Positions 12,926 to 25,787 of a stretch of DNA of 64,000 nucleotides are shown here, in pieces. Under the pieces are notes generated by a model. It was not told the DNA's origin and searched no databases. It saw only the letters and a program-made list of their open reading frames with translations. Position numbers and translations under genes: made by a program. Every line of letters starts with the position of its first letter. Position 1 is the first letter of the stretch. Source of the stretch: Isurus oxyrinchus (lineage: Eukaryota); contig JANJGN010000006.1 in assembly GCA_026770705.1 (NCBI GenBank), positions 14,136,001 through 14,200,000 on the forward strand, given 5' to 3'.

Positions 12926-13879
12926 GAGGTACCCCATCGTAAGATTAGCCCCTTTGGATGTGTAAACACAGTATAAAATGTGTCACCCTTTCCAACGTAG
13001 TACATGCAGTACATTGAGTATTAAGTTGCAGTACACAACCTAAATTAAGTCATATGTAATGGAACTGGTTTCATCTCACTGCTAAGAAATTAGAACATCA
13101 ATGCATAAATTATAATAGGACTCTATATATACACTAGAATTTTTAAAAATGTTACTTTAAAGTGTTGAGCATGTTAATAAAAGCTTAGTTTCATAAATGT
13201 ATCACTCTTCAGATAGTCCACTTTTTATTTCCATCAGCTACAATCAATAATGTTTATCTTCCTATTTTCAGTTGCAAGTGCTTACTATAAATTTTTGATG
13301 TTGTATATAGAAATGACAGCATGCTTTGAGGTGCTCTATCTTCCCTGTTCATAGTTTGTCCTGAAGCCAACAAATGCTGATAGAAAACCAACAACTAACC
13401 AATAATTTAATGAAAAATGACTCAACCTAACATTTACTGTCTAGTGTCAAATTTATCAGCTGGAGGCTTTTAAAGTTTCAGTCCATGCATTTCTTGAATT
13501 CATAAACAACCAGGCAATCAGTCCTGAAGATAACACAAGTTTTAAAGATAATACAGGGGGGATATTGATTGTTCATTTTGCTGTTACGTCCTTTGAAAAA
13601 GAGCAGCAAATCAGTGTTTAGTGGCATGATAAAGCCAAAGGATTAGGAGAGGCTGAATGACAAGATATTCTTGTGACATCTGTCCTAGGCCAATAAGTCT
13701 GATAACTTAGCAGTAGGTCAATTCGGAGAAGCAACAAATCAACCACTTAAAGCAATCTAGTCAATTCATTGAAGAGAAGTAGATTGTTGGAGACTATTGA
13801 AAACACTGGAACATATGAAAATATCTTTGAATTTCCCTGATCGCTCTATAATCCTGATTTTTAATTAACATAGATATAT

Positions 13880-14017
13880 CTGCTCTGGGAGGGTTGTCCT
13901 ATGATGAAAGGTGAATAAATTGAGACCACGTTCTCTGCAGTTTAAAAGAATGAAAGGTGATCTCATTGAAACATATGAGATTCTGAAAGGGCGTGAGAGG
14001 GTATATATTGACAGGTT
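13880..14017 (+). mobile_element. CR1 fragment
   Basis: SLQFKRMKGDLIETYEILKG. Confidence 0.75.
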
Positions 14018-14018
14018 G

Positions 14019-14712
14019 GGCTGGTTTTTATGGCCCCCCCTCCTACCCCCATCCCTGCCGGGTATGTTTTCAGGGAGGTGGGGTGCATGGGTGGTTAGCC
14101 CACCGTCTTTCCCAAGCTGATCCTAATAACAGGCAGTTATTGGCAACCTGCCTGCCATACGTAAATAAATAAAGGCCTATTTGGCCTGCCAGCAAACCTA
14201 TTGACCTGGATAATACATTGCCCGTGCCATAATAAGGCTGGTGTGGGCAGGTAGGCAGGAGCGCCTCACATGAAAAATGGTGGGAAGGAAGGGGAGAAAC
14301 CTCATTCGGGGATGTTCCCTCTGTGCAAGGAGTGGTGGGGGGGTGGGGGGGGTGTGTGTGTAACCCCCAGCCCCCCAAGATGGCAACACCCTCCCCCTAT
14401 TCCTCTTGCAGCACCTGCCCTCCAATACCAAGATTCCCACCCTCTGCTGACCCCCTCCTTGTGCTCCAGGATCCCTCCCCACCCTAAAACCCCAGCACTT
14501 ACCTTTCTGGGGCAACCATCATCTGATTCCTGTTCCTCCTGGCAGCCCTGACAGCACCCACTGCTGAACTCTGGCGCCGCTGGGACTACTGGAGCTGTCT
14601 GCCAATCAGGTTGGTCAGCAGCTCCTGAAGGCGGGGTCTCCTCCCACTGAGGGCAGAAGTCCCACTCTCAAACATGTTAAACCCGCCCACATAATGTCAT
14701 GACTGCGGGGCG
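14019..14712. mobile_element. Non-autonomous Harbinger-derived element (MITE-like)
   Basis: Starts GGGCTGGTTTTT like the other Harbinger termini here; G/C-run-rich and non-coding. Confidence 0.5.
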
Positions 14713-14713
14713 T

Positions 14714-14770
14714 GTTGCAATATGCTTTTAAGGGATAGCAGCATGCTACCACTTTAAAGGAAATGTGTGG
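14714..14770 (+). repeat. 5' part of a Gypsy LTR, interrupted by the Nimb LINE
   Basis: tgttgcaatatgcttttaagggatagcagc matches the reverse complement of 24390-24445. Confidence 0.6.
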
Positions 14771-14779
14771 CTGCTGTTT

Positions 14780-17700
14780 GTTGGATGGCATGAGCCAACC
14801 ACTGGGTTTCATTCTTGCTGAGGAAGGTTTGGTCAGTGGTGGAGGCTGGAGGAGGAGGTGCAATGGAGAGAAGTGACAGAGCTGGTGTTTTCACGGGTAG
14901 TGAGGAGGAAGCAGGAGGCGGAAAATGGACCAAAGTTCAGAGAAGTACGAAACAAAGTAGGAAAGATAGTAAGACAATTACAGACTCTGAGGCGGATCCT
15001 TCTAGAAAAGAAAAGAGAACTGTTAATGTTCTTCTTGCTTTCAATATATGTGCTAATGACTGCAATGCTCTAGAAAGATATAAATATTTTCATCATCTTC
15101 AAAGTTATGGTAGGATTTCACGATGTGTTTATTGGACAGGGATTTGTGGAGTTTAATTTCCTTCTCAATCTTATCTTTCTGGTGAGGTTTTGACACTCTG
15201 GAATGTGGAATAACTTTAACTGAAGGGACAGAAGAGTTCAAGGTCATCCTTAAAAGTACATCAAAAGATAAAGGTTTGGCTTAAATGAATCCAGTTAAGT
15301 TGGTAACTTTTCTTAAGAATGAAATATTATGTTTGCAAAAAGTTAATCAAATGGCGATCTGTTGACTTTTCGTAGATTCTCAGCAAAAGAATAAGGCTTT
15401 GAAAATTAAATATTAGGAAAACAACAACAGGTGGAGGGCTTCATACCAGGAGACTGGAAAATTGTACGGGGAGGGGGTGAACTTTGGGGTGAATTTTGAT
15501 ATCAGCGTGCAAGATGAGATGAAAAATGTTCAGGGTAGGAAAGTAGTAGGAGTTAAACGTGTTCAGAGCATGAGGAATGGAGTGAGGGGTGAGAGTGCTT
15601 CGGTTATTATGAACTTTGAAGGAGAGGCGCTGCCTGAAAAGGTGCACTTGGGATGTTTGAGATTTTTCGGTGAGATCATACGTTCCTCCTCCGTTGCGCT
15701 GTTTTAGTTGTCAGAGGATTGATTATGTGGTGGCTGTGTGCAGACGTAAAAGGAGATCTGGAAGGTGCGGAGGAGCTCATGATTACGGAAAATGTGGGGA
15801 AGAAGTGGAAGTGAAGCATTGTAACTATGGTGGTAAACGCAGTGCTGTTTATGGCGGGTGTGAGGAAAATATTAAAGCTCAAGAGGTACAGAAATCAAGA
15901 TAGAAGCAAAATACTGCAGATGCTGGAAATCAGCAATTGAGGATGGAGTGTAAGATGACTTATGCAGAGGCAATAAAAACTATGAGGGGATAGGCGGTAG
16001 TAGAGATAGATATTTTGAGAGATATGGGAAGGAATGCAGTGGAACCTTTGATTCTGACTCAGAATAAAGTTTCAACATCATCTGATCTTTTGGTGGTCGG
16101 TCAAGATAATTTCTTGGCCCTTATTACTGAAGTGATCAATTGTACTGTACAAACTCAAAGCAAAACAGAAAAAATGAAGATTATTGTTAACACAGCTGAG
16201 AAGTATCTCAATGTTTGTGGTATGTCCCATGAGAAAATAAGTGGAGCGCTCCTGTTATGTAATACAATGCAACCATCTCAACCCTCCCAGGTTAGCTGAT
16301 TTCATGATGAGTTCTTTATGGGATGCCAGAAGTATGATTGAAAATGGTCAAGAGTTTAAACGTTTTTTAGCTGATTTAATTGAAAAGCCAGATAGTATAT
16401 GTATTCAAGAAACTTGGTCAAAACCATGCTTAGATTTTGTGATCCAGGGATATGTGATAGTTCGGAAGCATAAGACTGTGGGCGATGGAAGGGGATGTGC
16501 TCTTTTTCTTAGAAATTCAGTAAATTATAGAATTATTAATTTAGATACTCATTTAGAATGCAATGTTGTTGAAATTTGGTGTCATTCTGATACTTTTCTT
16601 TTGATTAATTTTTATAATCCTTGTAAAGATCTTATTATTAAAGAATTAGAAGTCTTGATGTCAGGTGTCAAAAAGCCTATTATGTGGTGTGGGATAGTGG
16701 TCATATAAATAGAAATCGCGGGGCGGTGGGGGAGGCGGCAGACTTATTTGACCATTGTAATCTGGTGTGTTCGAATGATGGGAGGGATACTAGAAAAAAT
16801 GTTGGTGAAAATACTTTGTCATGCCTGGATCTAATGCTGGTTTCCAGTGCTTTAGCAGGATGATGCCAATGGGATGTTTATGAAGACTCTACTGTAGGAA
16901 GTAATCATTTTCCTATATGGGGAAGAGTAGGGCTGTGTTTGAATGAAGAAATAACTAAAGCGAATTCACAGTGGTGTTTTTATAAAGCACAATGGATGTT
17001 TTTTTGGAAGAGGTGTGCGAATAGCATTAAAGGCCTTGGATTTACAGAAAATGTGGATACTTTAAATAATGACTTATGTGATATATTGCTGGGTGTTGCA
17101 GAAGTGTCTATTCCATTAAATAAATGACTACAGAAGAAAAGAATTGTACCTTGGTGGGATGTGGTTTATGATTCGGCGATGAGGGAGAGGAATAAAGCCT
17201 TCAAATTGGTGCACAAAGCTAATACATTTGAAGCAGTATTGGATTATCATAGGAAGAGAGCTCGAGTTATTAGGGGTGAGAAAAAGAGGATTGGGGGAGT
17301 TACTGTGATATTGTTGGAAGGGATACATTGATAGGTGATGTTTGGGAGAAGATTAGGAGGATTAATGGAAACTTGTAAGATCAAAACTATTCCAGTCTTG
17401 GTGGATGGAGATGATGTTGCTAAAGCCAATCTGGAAAAGGCAAATATGTTGTCAAAGGCTTTTGCTAACATACATAGTGGTAATAATTTAGATCCTGAAT
17501 ATTGTTTCACAATATTGGGGGATGAGGTTTTAGCAGTATTTCTTGAGCTTTCTAATTTAGTATGGGAAAGGGGTACTTAGCCTACGAGTTGGAAACATGC
17601 TATTATAGTGCCAATTGGGAAGCCAGGAAAAGCTTTATCTAGTCTATCAGCATAGGCCCATAGCATTGACATCTAATATTTGTAAAATAATGGAGTACAT

Positions 17701-18930
17701 GGTTACTGGTCAACCCTGTTATTATTTAGAGAGCAAGCAGCTTCTGATGCCATATCAAAGTGGGTTGAGGAAGTTTTGTTCCACACTGGATCAAGTGATG
17801 AGGTTTGATACTGATATCAAGAAAGCTTTACATAATAAATAAATAAATCCTTATAGGAGTCTTCATTGATGTTGAAAAAGTATATGATATGCTGTGGAAA
17901 GAGGAGTTTTTATTTAAGGTTTGGGAATAGAAGGGTGCATGTTTAGTTAGGTACATGATTTCTTGGTAGAACGTATCATACAGGTGAGAGTGGTAGAGAA
18001 TGGCACCCCACAGGGAAATGTGATTAGTCCGCTACTTTTTAATATTATGGTTAATGATATATATGATAATGTGGGTAAGGATATGAGACTGTCATTTTAT
18101 GCAAGTGGTTGTGCAATTTGGAAAAGAGGCAGGAATGTTAAGTATGTACTGGTCAAAGTTCAGGAAGCCTTAAGGGCATTGGAGCACTGGTCTAGGCAGT
18201 GGGGGGGTTAAAATATCTCATTCAAAAACCCAGGCAGTTTTCTTCACAAGAAATACAAATCTGGTTGGCACTGTTTTGGATCTATATCATACACCAATTG
18301 AAGCGGTAAAGGTGTCTACGTTTTTTTAGGGATCTGGTTTGATTGCATTCGGACTGGAAAATACATATTGAAATAATATTCATTAAGTGTAAAAAAGTGC
18401 TTAATTTATTGAGATGTATTGCTCAAAATGATTGGGGAGCAGATAAGGAATTTTATTAATAATATGTCAGGCAATGATACAATCAGCGACTGACTATGGA
18501 AGCCAGGCATATCGATCAGCAGCAAAAACCTTATTGTATAACTTGGACCTAATTCCGTCTCAAGCATTGGGAATTTGTTCCGGTGCTTTTATTTCTCCTC
18601 CAATAATCACTCTCCAGGTGGAGGAAGGAGAAAAGCCTCTTGAATTGAGGAGAGGGTGGATGGATTTGAATTATTGGGTGAACTTGGGCAGGCAGAAAGG
18701 CAACCATTTAACCAAAAGTGTCCTTCAAGATAGTTGGGAGAATGGATCGCAAATAAAGGGGAATTTTTCTGGGAAATGAGTGAGTGATTTAGCGGAAGAG
18801 CTGGGATTGCAAGTTTTTAATATAAGCATACAAGCATGCTGGTTAGTAAATCCACCCTGGGACTTTCAACCTCCAGAGGTTGATTTTACAATACTAGACA
18901 AACTTAAAGAGAATAGTATAGGTTTTAATC
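14780..18930 (+). mobile_element. Degenerate near-full-length Nimb/I-clade LINE
   Basis: ORF1 with YVPPPLRCFSCQ and CGGAHDYGKC zinc knuckles; ORF2 APE (KPDSICIQETW, INFYNP, GSNHFPI) and RT (HRPIALTSNICK, ENGTPQGNVISPLLF, DYGSQAY); many stops and frameshifts. Confidence 0.85.
15020..15222 (-). pseudogene. Polo-like kinase PLK2/PLK3-subfamily kinase-domain fragment, antisense inside Nimb ORF1
   Basis: [54 protein letters not shown], then after a frameshift [13 protein letters not shown]. Recognisably the PLK2/3 N-lobe; paralog not resolved. Confidence 0.88.
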
Positions 18931-18999
18931 TGTCTAGTGGTTCCCTCTAACCGACATAAAGCTCAACTTTGCAGCAAGATTCAGTACAGATATGACAGA

Positions 19000-19097
19000 G
19001 TGTTGAGGATTATCAGATCAGATATGATCTCATCGAATGGCGGAGCAGGCTCGATGGGCCGAATGACCTACTTCTGCTCCTACATCTTATGGTCTTA
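19000..19097 (+). repeat. CR1 3' UTR/tail
   Basis: gatctcatcgaatggcggagcaggctcgatgggccgaatg...tcttatggtctt, same as 50290-50370. Confidence 0.8.
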
Positions 19098-19099
19098 GT

Positions 19100-19766
19100 C
19101 TCAGATCATGCTACATGGCACGAGATGACCCTTGACATTTTGGTAAGCCCGCAACAGAGTCTCAGAGTCGGAGAGCATTGAAATCGCAGAGTGGCCATTG
19201 TGCAGCCAAGCTTTGAAGACACAGTGCAGAGATAATGCTCAAAAAAAGATCTGGTGAGCAGATGGATCCCTCATACTGAGACTGCAGCATACAGTCTGAC
19301 AGTTTAGTGGGTGAGAGAGTGCACTGAGAGGACCAGCTCCGGGTTAGCTCAGTCAGGAAAGGTGAGTGACCAGGGTGTAGGTGGTATCAATAGTGAGTGA
19401 GGGAAGAGTCAAAAAAAAGCCAAAACACAAAAGCTCATAAAAACCAGGCCAGAAAAGGTTGCCATTATACTGGGCAGAGCTTTGGAAAAACTCATGTAAA
19501 AGGCTACAGCGACACCCATCCTAGGTATTATAGGAGTAGGGAGGTCAAAGAGATATTGTCAGAATGTCCACAAAATTCCCCAGTCTGAACTGTAATGCAG
19601 CTGACCCACTATCCAAATTCGAAATCTTTAAACAACGTACAGGGCTATGGTTTATTGATTCAGATGTATCTGAACCAAACAAGCAAGCCATAAAAAATCA
19701 ATTTGGAACAAAGGTCTACACAGGCTGGGTTAACAGAAGAAGAGCTAAAGGACCCCCAAAAGATAT
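19100..19766 (+). mobile_element. Gypsy LTR end, PBS-like site and gag start
   Basis: ...ctaca followed by TGGCACGAG; gag-like MSTKFPSLNCNAADPLSKFEIFKQRTGLWF. Confidence 0.55.
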
Positions 19767-20591
19767 GTGGCAGAAAATTACGCTTGGCGTGCGGGCGCGT
19801 GCCTGAGTGTGAAATAAAGCACGTTGATGTCAACCGAGCGGGCACTCGCACTCTCGTGATATTTCACTAGGAGGGCACGTGATGAAGACAGAGGCGCGCC
19901 CACCAATAATTAAGTGACCAGTTAAGGCCCTTGAGACACCAATTGACTCTGACTTTACGCAACCCGTGTGATTTTCAGGCCATCACAGTGTCTAAACGGG
20001 CAGGCCACAATTTGCAAAACCACGGGTGGGATAAGAGGCGTCAGTAGGCTTGTAAATGCAAGCAGCTTGAGGTTTAGGATATAGCTTGCTGCTGCTTGCT
20101 TTTGTGAACAGGACATCTTCATCTCGCTTTCGGGCTGCGTTGACAGAAATAAGAGGCTTCAGTTCAGGGCTCAGTGTTGTCTTCCAGGCCCCCGGAGGAT
20201 TCATACTACTTGGGGCCTTCCAGGTATCAGACAGCCTTCCCTTACCCTGGTAAAAAGGGATTGTGGTCTCCGCTGGAAGCACCTTCTCTGAGGAGGAAGA
20301 GAGGGCCTGAAGGAAGAGGAGGCTCAGTCTCCCTATTCAGCCTCCAGGGAGCGAGCTGTGGGAGGAGAGGTGCAGGCACAAGGGGTGCAGGGCCAACAGG
20401 AAGTCCAAAGTGGAAGGGGCCGCAGAAGATGCTACTATCCTGCTGCCAGGGTTTATAGGCAGTGATGCAGCTACCTCAATATGTCTGAAGTGTAGTGCCA
20501 AAGGAGGCTCCGTCTCTCAAGGGAGACAGTGACCTCCATCTGTCAGACAATCGGCCCTGAGATCAGCTCCTAATGTGACGGTGGGCACCCC

Positions 20592-21602
20592 ATGCCAATG
20601 GCGCTGAAGGTCAGGGTGGCCCTTAACTCCCTTGCCTCAGGCTCCTTCCAGGGCTCAGTGGGGGATATGTGTGGAATCTCCCAATCAGCTGTCCACAGTT
20701 GCGTCAAGCTGGTGACAGAAGCTCTGGTCAGGCAGGTACTGACTTTCATTCGTTACCATATGGATGACGCCAGCCAGGCAGAGCGAGCCAGAGGCTTTGC
20801 AGTGATTGCTGGCTTCCCCAGCATCCAGGGAGCAATCGACAGCACACGTGTGACCATCAAGGCACCAGCAGGTGAGCCCGGTGCCTTCATCAACAGGAAG
20901 GGCTTCCACTCCATGAACGTGCAGATAGTGTGTGATCACAGGATGCTGATTCTACAAGTCTGTGCAAGGTACCCAGGCAGCTCCCATGACACCTACATCC
21001 TCAGACACTCCCAGGTGCCGGGGCTCTTCAGTGCTGCAGCACAGCTGGATGGATGGCTTCTGGGTGAGAAGGGCTATCCCCTCAGAAAGCGGTTCATGGC
21101 GCCTCTCCGCCATCCAAGAACAGAGGCTGAGCAGCGGTACAATAGGAGCTATACCCCCACAAGTGTGGTTGTAGAAGGAACCATCGGCCTTCTCAACACG
21201 TGCTTCCGATGCCTGGACCATTCAGGGGATGCACTCCAGTACCCCCCAGATCATATGTTACTGATAGTGGTTGCATGCTGCACTCTCCACAATCTGACAC
21301 TGGAAAGGGGGGACGCAGTGGAAGAAGAAGGTCTTGACGCAGCTGCCCTGGCGACAGGCGATGTGTCCAGTAGTGAGTCTGAGGACGAGCACGGTCAGGA
21401 GAACATTGAGGGCATAGATGCTGACCTGGGCACTTCCAGAGAGGCAAGGACATTGGGGTGCTTTGATCCAAAGCTCCTTCAGCTAGCCTACCAAGTAAGA
21501 GCCACCACCACATGCCAGGGCTGCAGGCTCCTTATTCGATCCCTGACAGGACCAGCTCCTTGGTCAACAACATACACTATGTGCCAGTGCAATAAAGTTT
21601 AA
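20592..21602 (+). pseudogene. Harbinger (HARBI1-like) DDE transposase, decayed
   Basis: GAIDSTRV, NRKGFHSMNVQ, YPGSSHD, LLGEKGY (D replaced by E), VVEGTIG, ACCTLHN; upstream part has stops. Confidence 0.9.
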
Positions 21603-21816
21603 GGAGTAACATGTCCATCATAACATCATGGCCTACCCTGCACTTACAGAGCAAATGAAGCATCCAGAGGCCAGTTGCACAAAAACACATTTAATTAACT
21701 GGCGCCTGGCAAACATTCTACAAATTAACATTGACAGGTGTTTTCCATCGCACCAGTAACCACTGAATGAAAAACTGGGGGAAATAAATATCACCTGTGA
21801 TCAGGCCGTGTTGTGA

Positions 21817-23800
21817 TTAATGTTTTCGCTGGTGGGTTCTACATCTAGGTGCTCCCCCCTCGCTGGCACTGACATTGGAGCCAGCCTGCTCACTCTGCTG
21901 TCCTGTTGGCCTTGATGACCTTGGCGGGCGTCCTCTGGCCTGTGGAGCCTCTGGCCCAGCCTGGGAGGGAGCTGCCAGTTCCACAGCTGGCATCTCCCCA
22001 GTCGCCGCAGCCTCATCAGATGCCACAGTCACTGGCAGAGGGGCGGAGGAGCTGCTGCCCTCATCCGGAGCGCCCTGAGAGGAGCCCACAGACTTGACAG
22101 GCAGCTCATGCGTCAATGTGTGGTCGCCTTAGAACTCTCTACTCACCACTGATGGATGGGCACTGAGCTGGCATACTTGGTGCCCAATCCATCTCCCACA
22201 CGGACCAGCTGAAGTCATTGCCGGTGTGAGGGCTTGCAGATCCGAGTGCAACACCAGGAACCCCATATTCAGCTCCTGCTGGAGCCTCTATTAGGGCCGC
22301 CACTCTCTTCATGGGGGAGGCATTGCGCTCGGCCATGAGGGTCAATGCATTGCTTATGCTCCGCACTGACTCCTCCACAATGGAGACCATGGCACGCATA
22401 CCTTCATGGATCTCCGCCAGATCCTCCCGCTGGACATCCAGCATCTGCTGCCTGATGAGCAACTCCAGAGGCTCATCATCAGCCATCGACTGAGCATGTT
22501 CCTGATCCCCAGCAGTCCTCCGACTGCCGGCACCATGGGCACTCTCTGCCTCCGCCTGCTCCTCAAGCAAGTGTGAAGTGGCCTCACCAATGTGCACCGA
22601 GATAGTAACCGGCGATCTAATGCCCACCGAGGTGCTGGTATCTGCGCTGGTGCCTGCTTGAGAGAGTGGGTGTGATGCAGGTGCGTTCTGATTAGTGTTG
22701 TCCTCAGGGGTCAGGGATGGTCTTTCAGGCTTCTCATCCCGCAGCCCTGGTGGTGAGCCTAAAAGGAACAGGACATGATATTAGTTGAAGTCATCACACT
22801 GTTACTGTGCATTCCTGGCAGCCTCATGAGACAGAGATCAGGATGCATCAGGGTACCCTCTGTCTTTCCATTATCAACGGGGATTCCAGGTTTGAGGCTC
22901 ACATCAATATAGAGACTACAGTGGAATGGTTGCAATTACTGACATTCTCACCGTGGCTGCTTGACCTAGGCACATGGTGCCTCTCCAACTCCAGGGCCTC
23001 CTGCTCATAATAAGTGTGGATGAGGAGGTGTGGGAGTCCCCCGCCAGTCTGTGACCTCGCTGCATTGTTATGGGATGTTTTCTCCTGGAAGGAGTACGAA
23101 CTCACCAACGCTCCTTAGGCAGCAACTTCCAAATCCACAACCACTACCATCTAGAAGGGCAGGGGCAGCAAATAGATGGGAAGACCACCACCTGGAAGTT
23201 CCCCTTCAAGCCACTCACCAGCCTGACTTGGGAATATATCACTATTCCTTTACTGACACTAGGTCAAAACCTGGAACACCCTCTCTAACAGCACTGTGAG
23301 TGTACCTACACCACATGGACTGCAGCGGTTCAAGAAGTCAGCTCACCACCACCTTCTCAAGGGCAATTAGGGATGGGCAATAAATGTTGGCCTGGTCAGC
23401 GAAGCCCACAACCCATAAATTATTTTTTAAAAAGTTGCCTCAAGATGGTGAGGACTGAGGAGGCAGTCTCCAGAGGAGATGAGGCCAGATGGAGATGTGA
23501 GGGTGTGTGTGTGAGTGTGAGTGGTGATGTCCTTTGAGCTGGCAGTAAGTGAGATGAATATGTGATGGCTTTGTGAGTTTGTGAATTTAGAGTGATGAGA
23601 TGGTTGTCTTACCCTGGCAGCGCAGATGAGATCATTCATCTGTTTTCTGCACTGGATGGCCAACCCCTCTTGCTTGCAGCATTGACACTGACCACCTCCG
23701 CCACCGCCTCCCAAGCTGGAATAGTGAGATTGCTGGACCTCCTGCAGCCAGAGCAGGGGTAGAGGACAGAAGGTGTCCCAGGAATTGGGAAACTGCGCTC
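21817..23800 (-). pseudogene. Harbinger Myb/SANT-like DNA-binding gene, spliced and decayed
   Basis: AWEAVAEVVSVNA...QCRKQMNDLI; donor GCCAGG|gtaag near 23610; downstream exon ORFs 22139-22627 and 21817-22116. Confidence 0.75.
23060..23430 (+). mobile_element. 3' end of a CR1-group (Zenon-like) LINE inserted in the Harbinger
   Basis: ...ggactgcagcggttcaagaag..cagctcaccaccaccttctcaagggcaattagggatgggcaataaat. The same tail occurs at 43870-43940, 60385-60625 and 61488-61800 (-). Confidence 0.75.
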
Positions 23801-24213
23801 ATCTGCAATGCCTTCTCTGGTGCCTTCCTGGGCTGTAGGCATTGATAAGTTTGTGCACAGCTGCAGTTTAAATATGACACCCTGCGTGAGGAAGTGGTGG
23901 GATAATTGCAAATTGGAGGCCGCCGGCCAGCAAGATGGCATGTTTCTTGTGGCTGCATAATTAATGAGGTGGGAATATGATGAATGCGGCGTGAAAAGCA
24001 GCCATTGCAGCCAGTGGGTAAAATGTCCATTTTCCCGCCCGCTATTGCACTTAGTGTAAATCTAGGATGATTCTGCCCCATGTCCCAATGTTCTGGATTC
24101 CCCAGCCAGGGGAAACAACGGGCTGGATTTTAAAATGTGGAGTGGATTGCTCACTGTGTTGGAAGAAAAATTGGCTGGAAGCCACAAGCCCAGAAGAAGC
24201 CCACCTGCCTTAT

Positions 24214-25370
24214 GTGTTATAAGGACATAAAGGCACCAATAACTCATTAGGGATTGTACAAACATGTTGTAGGTTCATTCATTAATTCTGGGCACACGTG
24301 AACAGATATAAATGGGTAAAAAGCTCGAAGACATCAAGAGCAGAGCTGTGTTCTGCTCCAGGCCAGGAAACTGAGGCTGGATCATATTACACACTTCCCT
24401 TAAAGTGATATCACGCTGCTCTCCCTTAAAGGCATATTACAACATTATTACAACATATTACAACATATTACAACACCCACTTTCTTTTTTAAAGATACTT
24501 TCTCCCCTTCCAACGAAGTGTAACTATTTACAGTGCATGTTAGTTACCATTACAAACCTGTATAGGACTGACAAATCAATGAATCTCTAAAGTATAAAGA
24601 TAATCTACACGTACACCCAGATCTTGCAATGGTAACTTTGTCTAGAGGTGTTTTTAATTGTTCACAGTGACCTCTGGGACTGTCATTCCTGGATGTTGTT
24701 CCTGATTGCATTTAGGATCTTGTCCTCGATGCAGCAGGATTGCATGGTGGTTGAGGATCCGGAATGGATCTGATTGGTCCTCGGTTATGCCTTACCATTG
24801 CAGCTTTGTGTGCAATGACTTCACAGGGCCTTGGTTCGGAACAAATTCTTGTCACCTCAGCCGGTTGCCGTGCACCTTCTGTCAGACACTGGATGAAAAC
24901 TTATTGTCCCAACTGTAAACATGGTAATTCTGTACCTACATTTTTATCATGCCCATTGGTCATCTTCTCTTGCAATTTTAAAAGTTGTTTTCTAGCTTCT
25001 GAGGGAGTAGAATGTGTAAGAGTGGGTAAATTAGTAGGCACTGGTCTGCCAAACATGAGCGCTGCCGGTGGTGGAATAGTTGCAATTAAAGGTGTCACAC
25101 TCAGATGTAAACATTGCATTGTATAGCTCTTGCTTGGTCGATCTACATTTGCAAATTAGGGATTTCACCATGCGAATCATTCATTCAGCTTGGCCGTTAG
25201 ATCTAGGGAAGATATTCCACTGCTCACACATATCCTGAAATGGCTTACCAATCATTTATGGATTGTTATCCATAATGATCTCTCTAGGTACGTCAAATAA
25301 ACTGAAAATAGCACTTACAGTGTGCACGCTAGTTGTGCTTGGCGTATTGTGCAATTGTTGAATAATGATT
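24214..25370 (-). mobile_element. Gypsy 3' end: integrase tail, PPT and 3' LTR (24214-24475)
   Basis: PPAALMFGRPVPTNLP integrase tail; PPT AAAAAAGAAAGTGGG abutting TGTTGTAAT. Confidence 0.8.
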
Positions 25371-25394
25371 AATGGGGTACTTGGTGCCCCGTTG

Positions 25395-25787
25395 CAAATT
25401 GGCTATTAGTAGCCTTAAGTGTGTTACCTTATCGAACGACTTTTGGAAATCCAAATATATTACATCTATTGGTTCCCCGTTAACCATTCTGCTTGTTACC
25501 TCCTCAAAGAATTCTAATAAATTTGTTAGGCATGATTTCCCCATCATGAAACCATGCTGACTCTGATTGATTAAATTATGCATTTCTAAATGTTCTGCTT
25601 TTACATCCTTTATTATAGACTCTAATATTTTCCCAATGACAGATGTTAAGCTAACTGGCCTATAATTACCTGTTTTTTGCCTCCCTCCCTTTTTGAATAA
25701 GGACATTAAATTGGCAGTTTCCAAATCTTCTGGGAATCTTCTAGAATCTAAGGATTCTTGGAAGATTACTCCCAGTGCATCCACTAT
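25395..25787 (-). mobile_element. CR1 RT fragment
   Basis: GNYRPVSLTSVIGK, QHGFMMGKSCLTNLLEFFEEVT, YLDFQKSFD. Confidence 0.88.

Larger units (their letters stand above)
19767..24078 (+). mobile_element. Two-gene PIF/Harbinger DNA transposon
   Basis: Termini GGCAGAAAAT.../...ATTCTGCCC; convergent transposase (+) and Myb/SANT gene (-). Confidence 0.85.

Noticed and set aside
15053-15247. PLK ORF as an exon of a resident plk gene
   Set aside because: No splice signals, internal frameshift, embedded in LINE ORF1, and no other plk exons seen in the window.
20592-21602. Domesticated HARBI1 gene
   Set aside because: TIR-bounded, multi-copy, upstream stops and a D-to-E change in the GDKGY motif; it is a transposon copy.
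24433-24475. CRISPR-like array
   Set aside because: Spacerless 10-bp tandem repeat in eukaryotic DNA.
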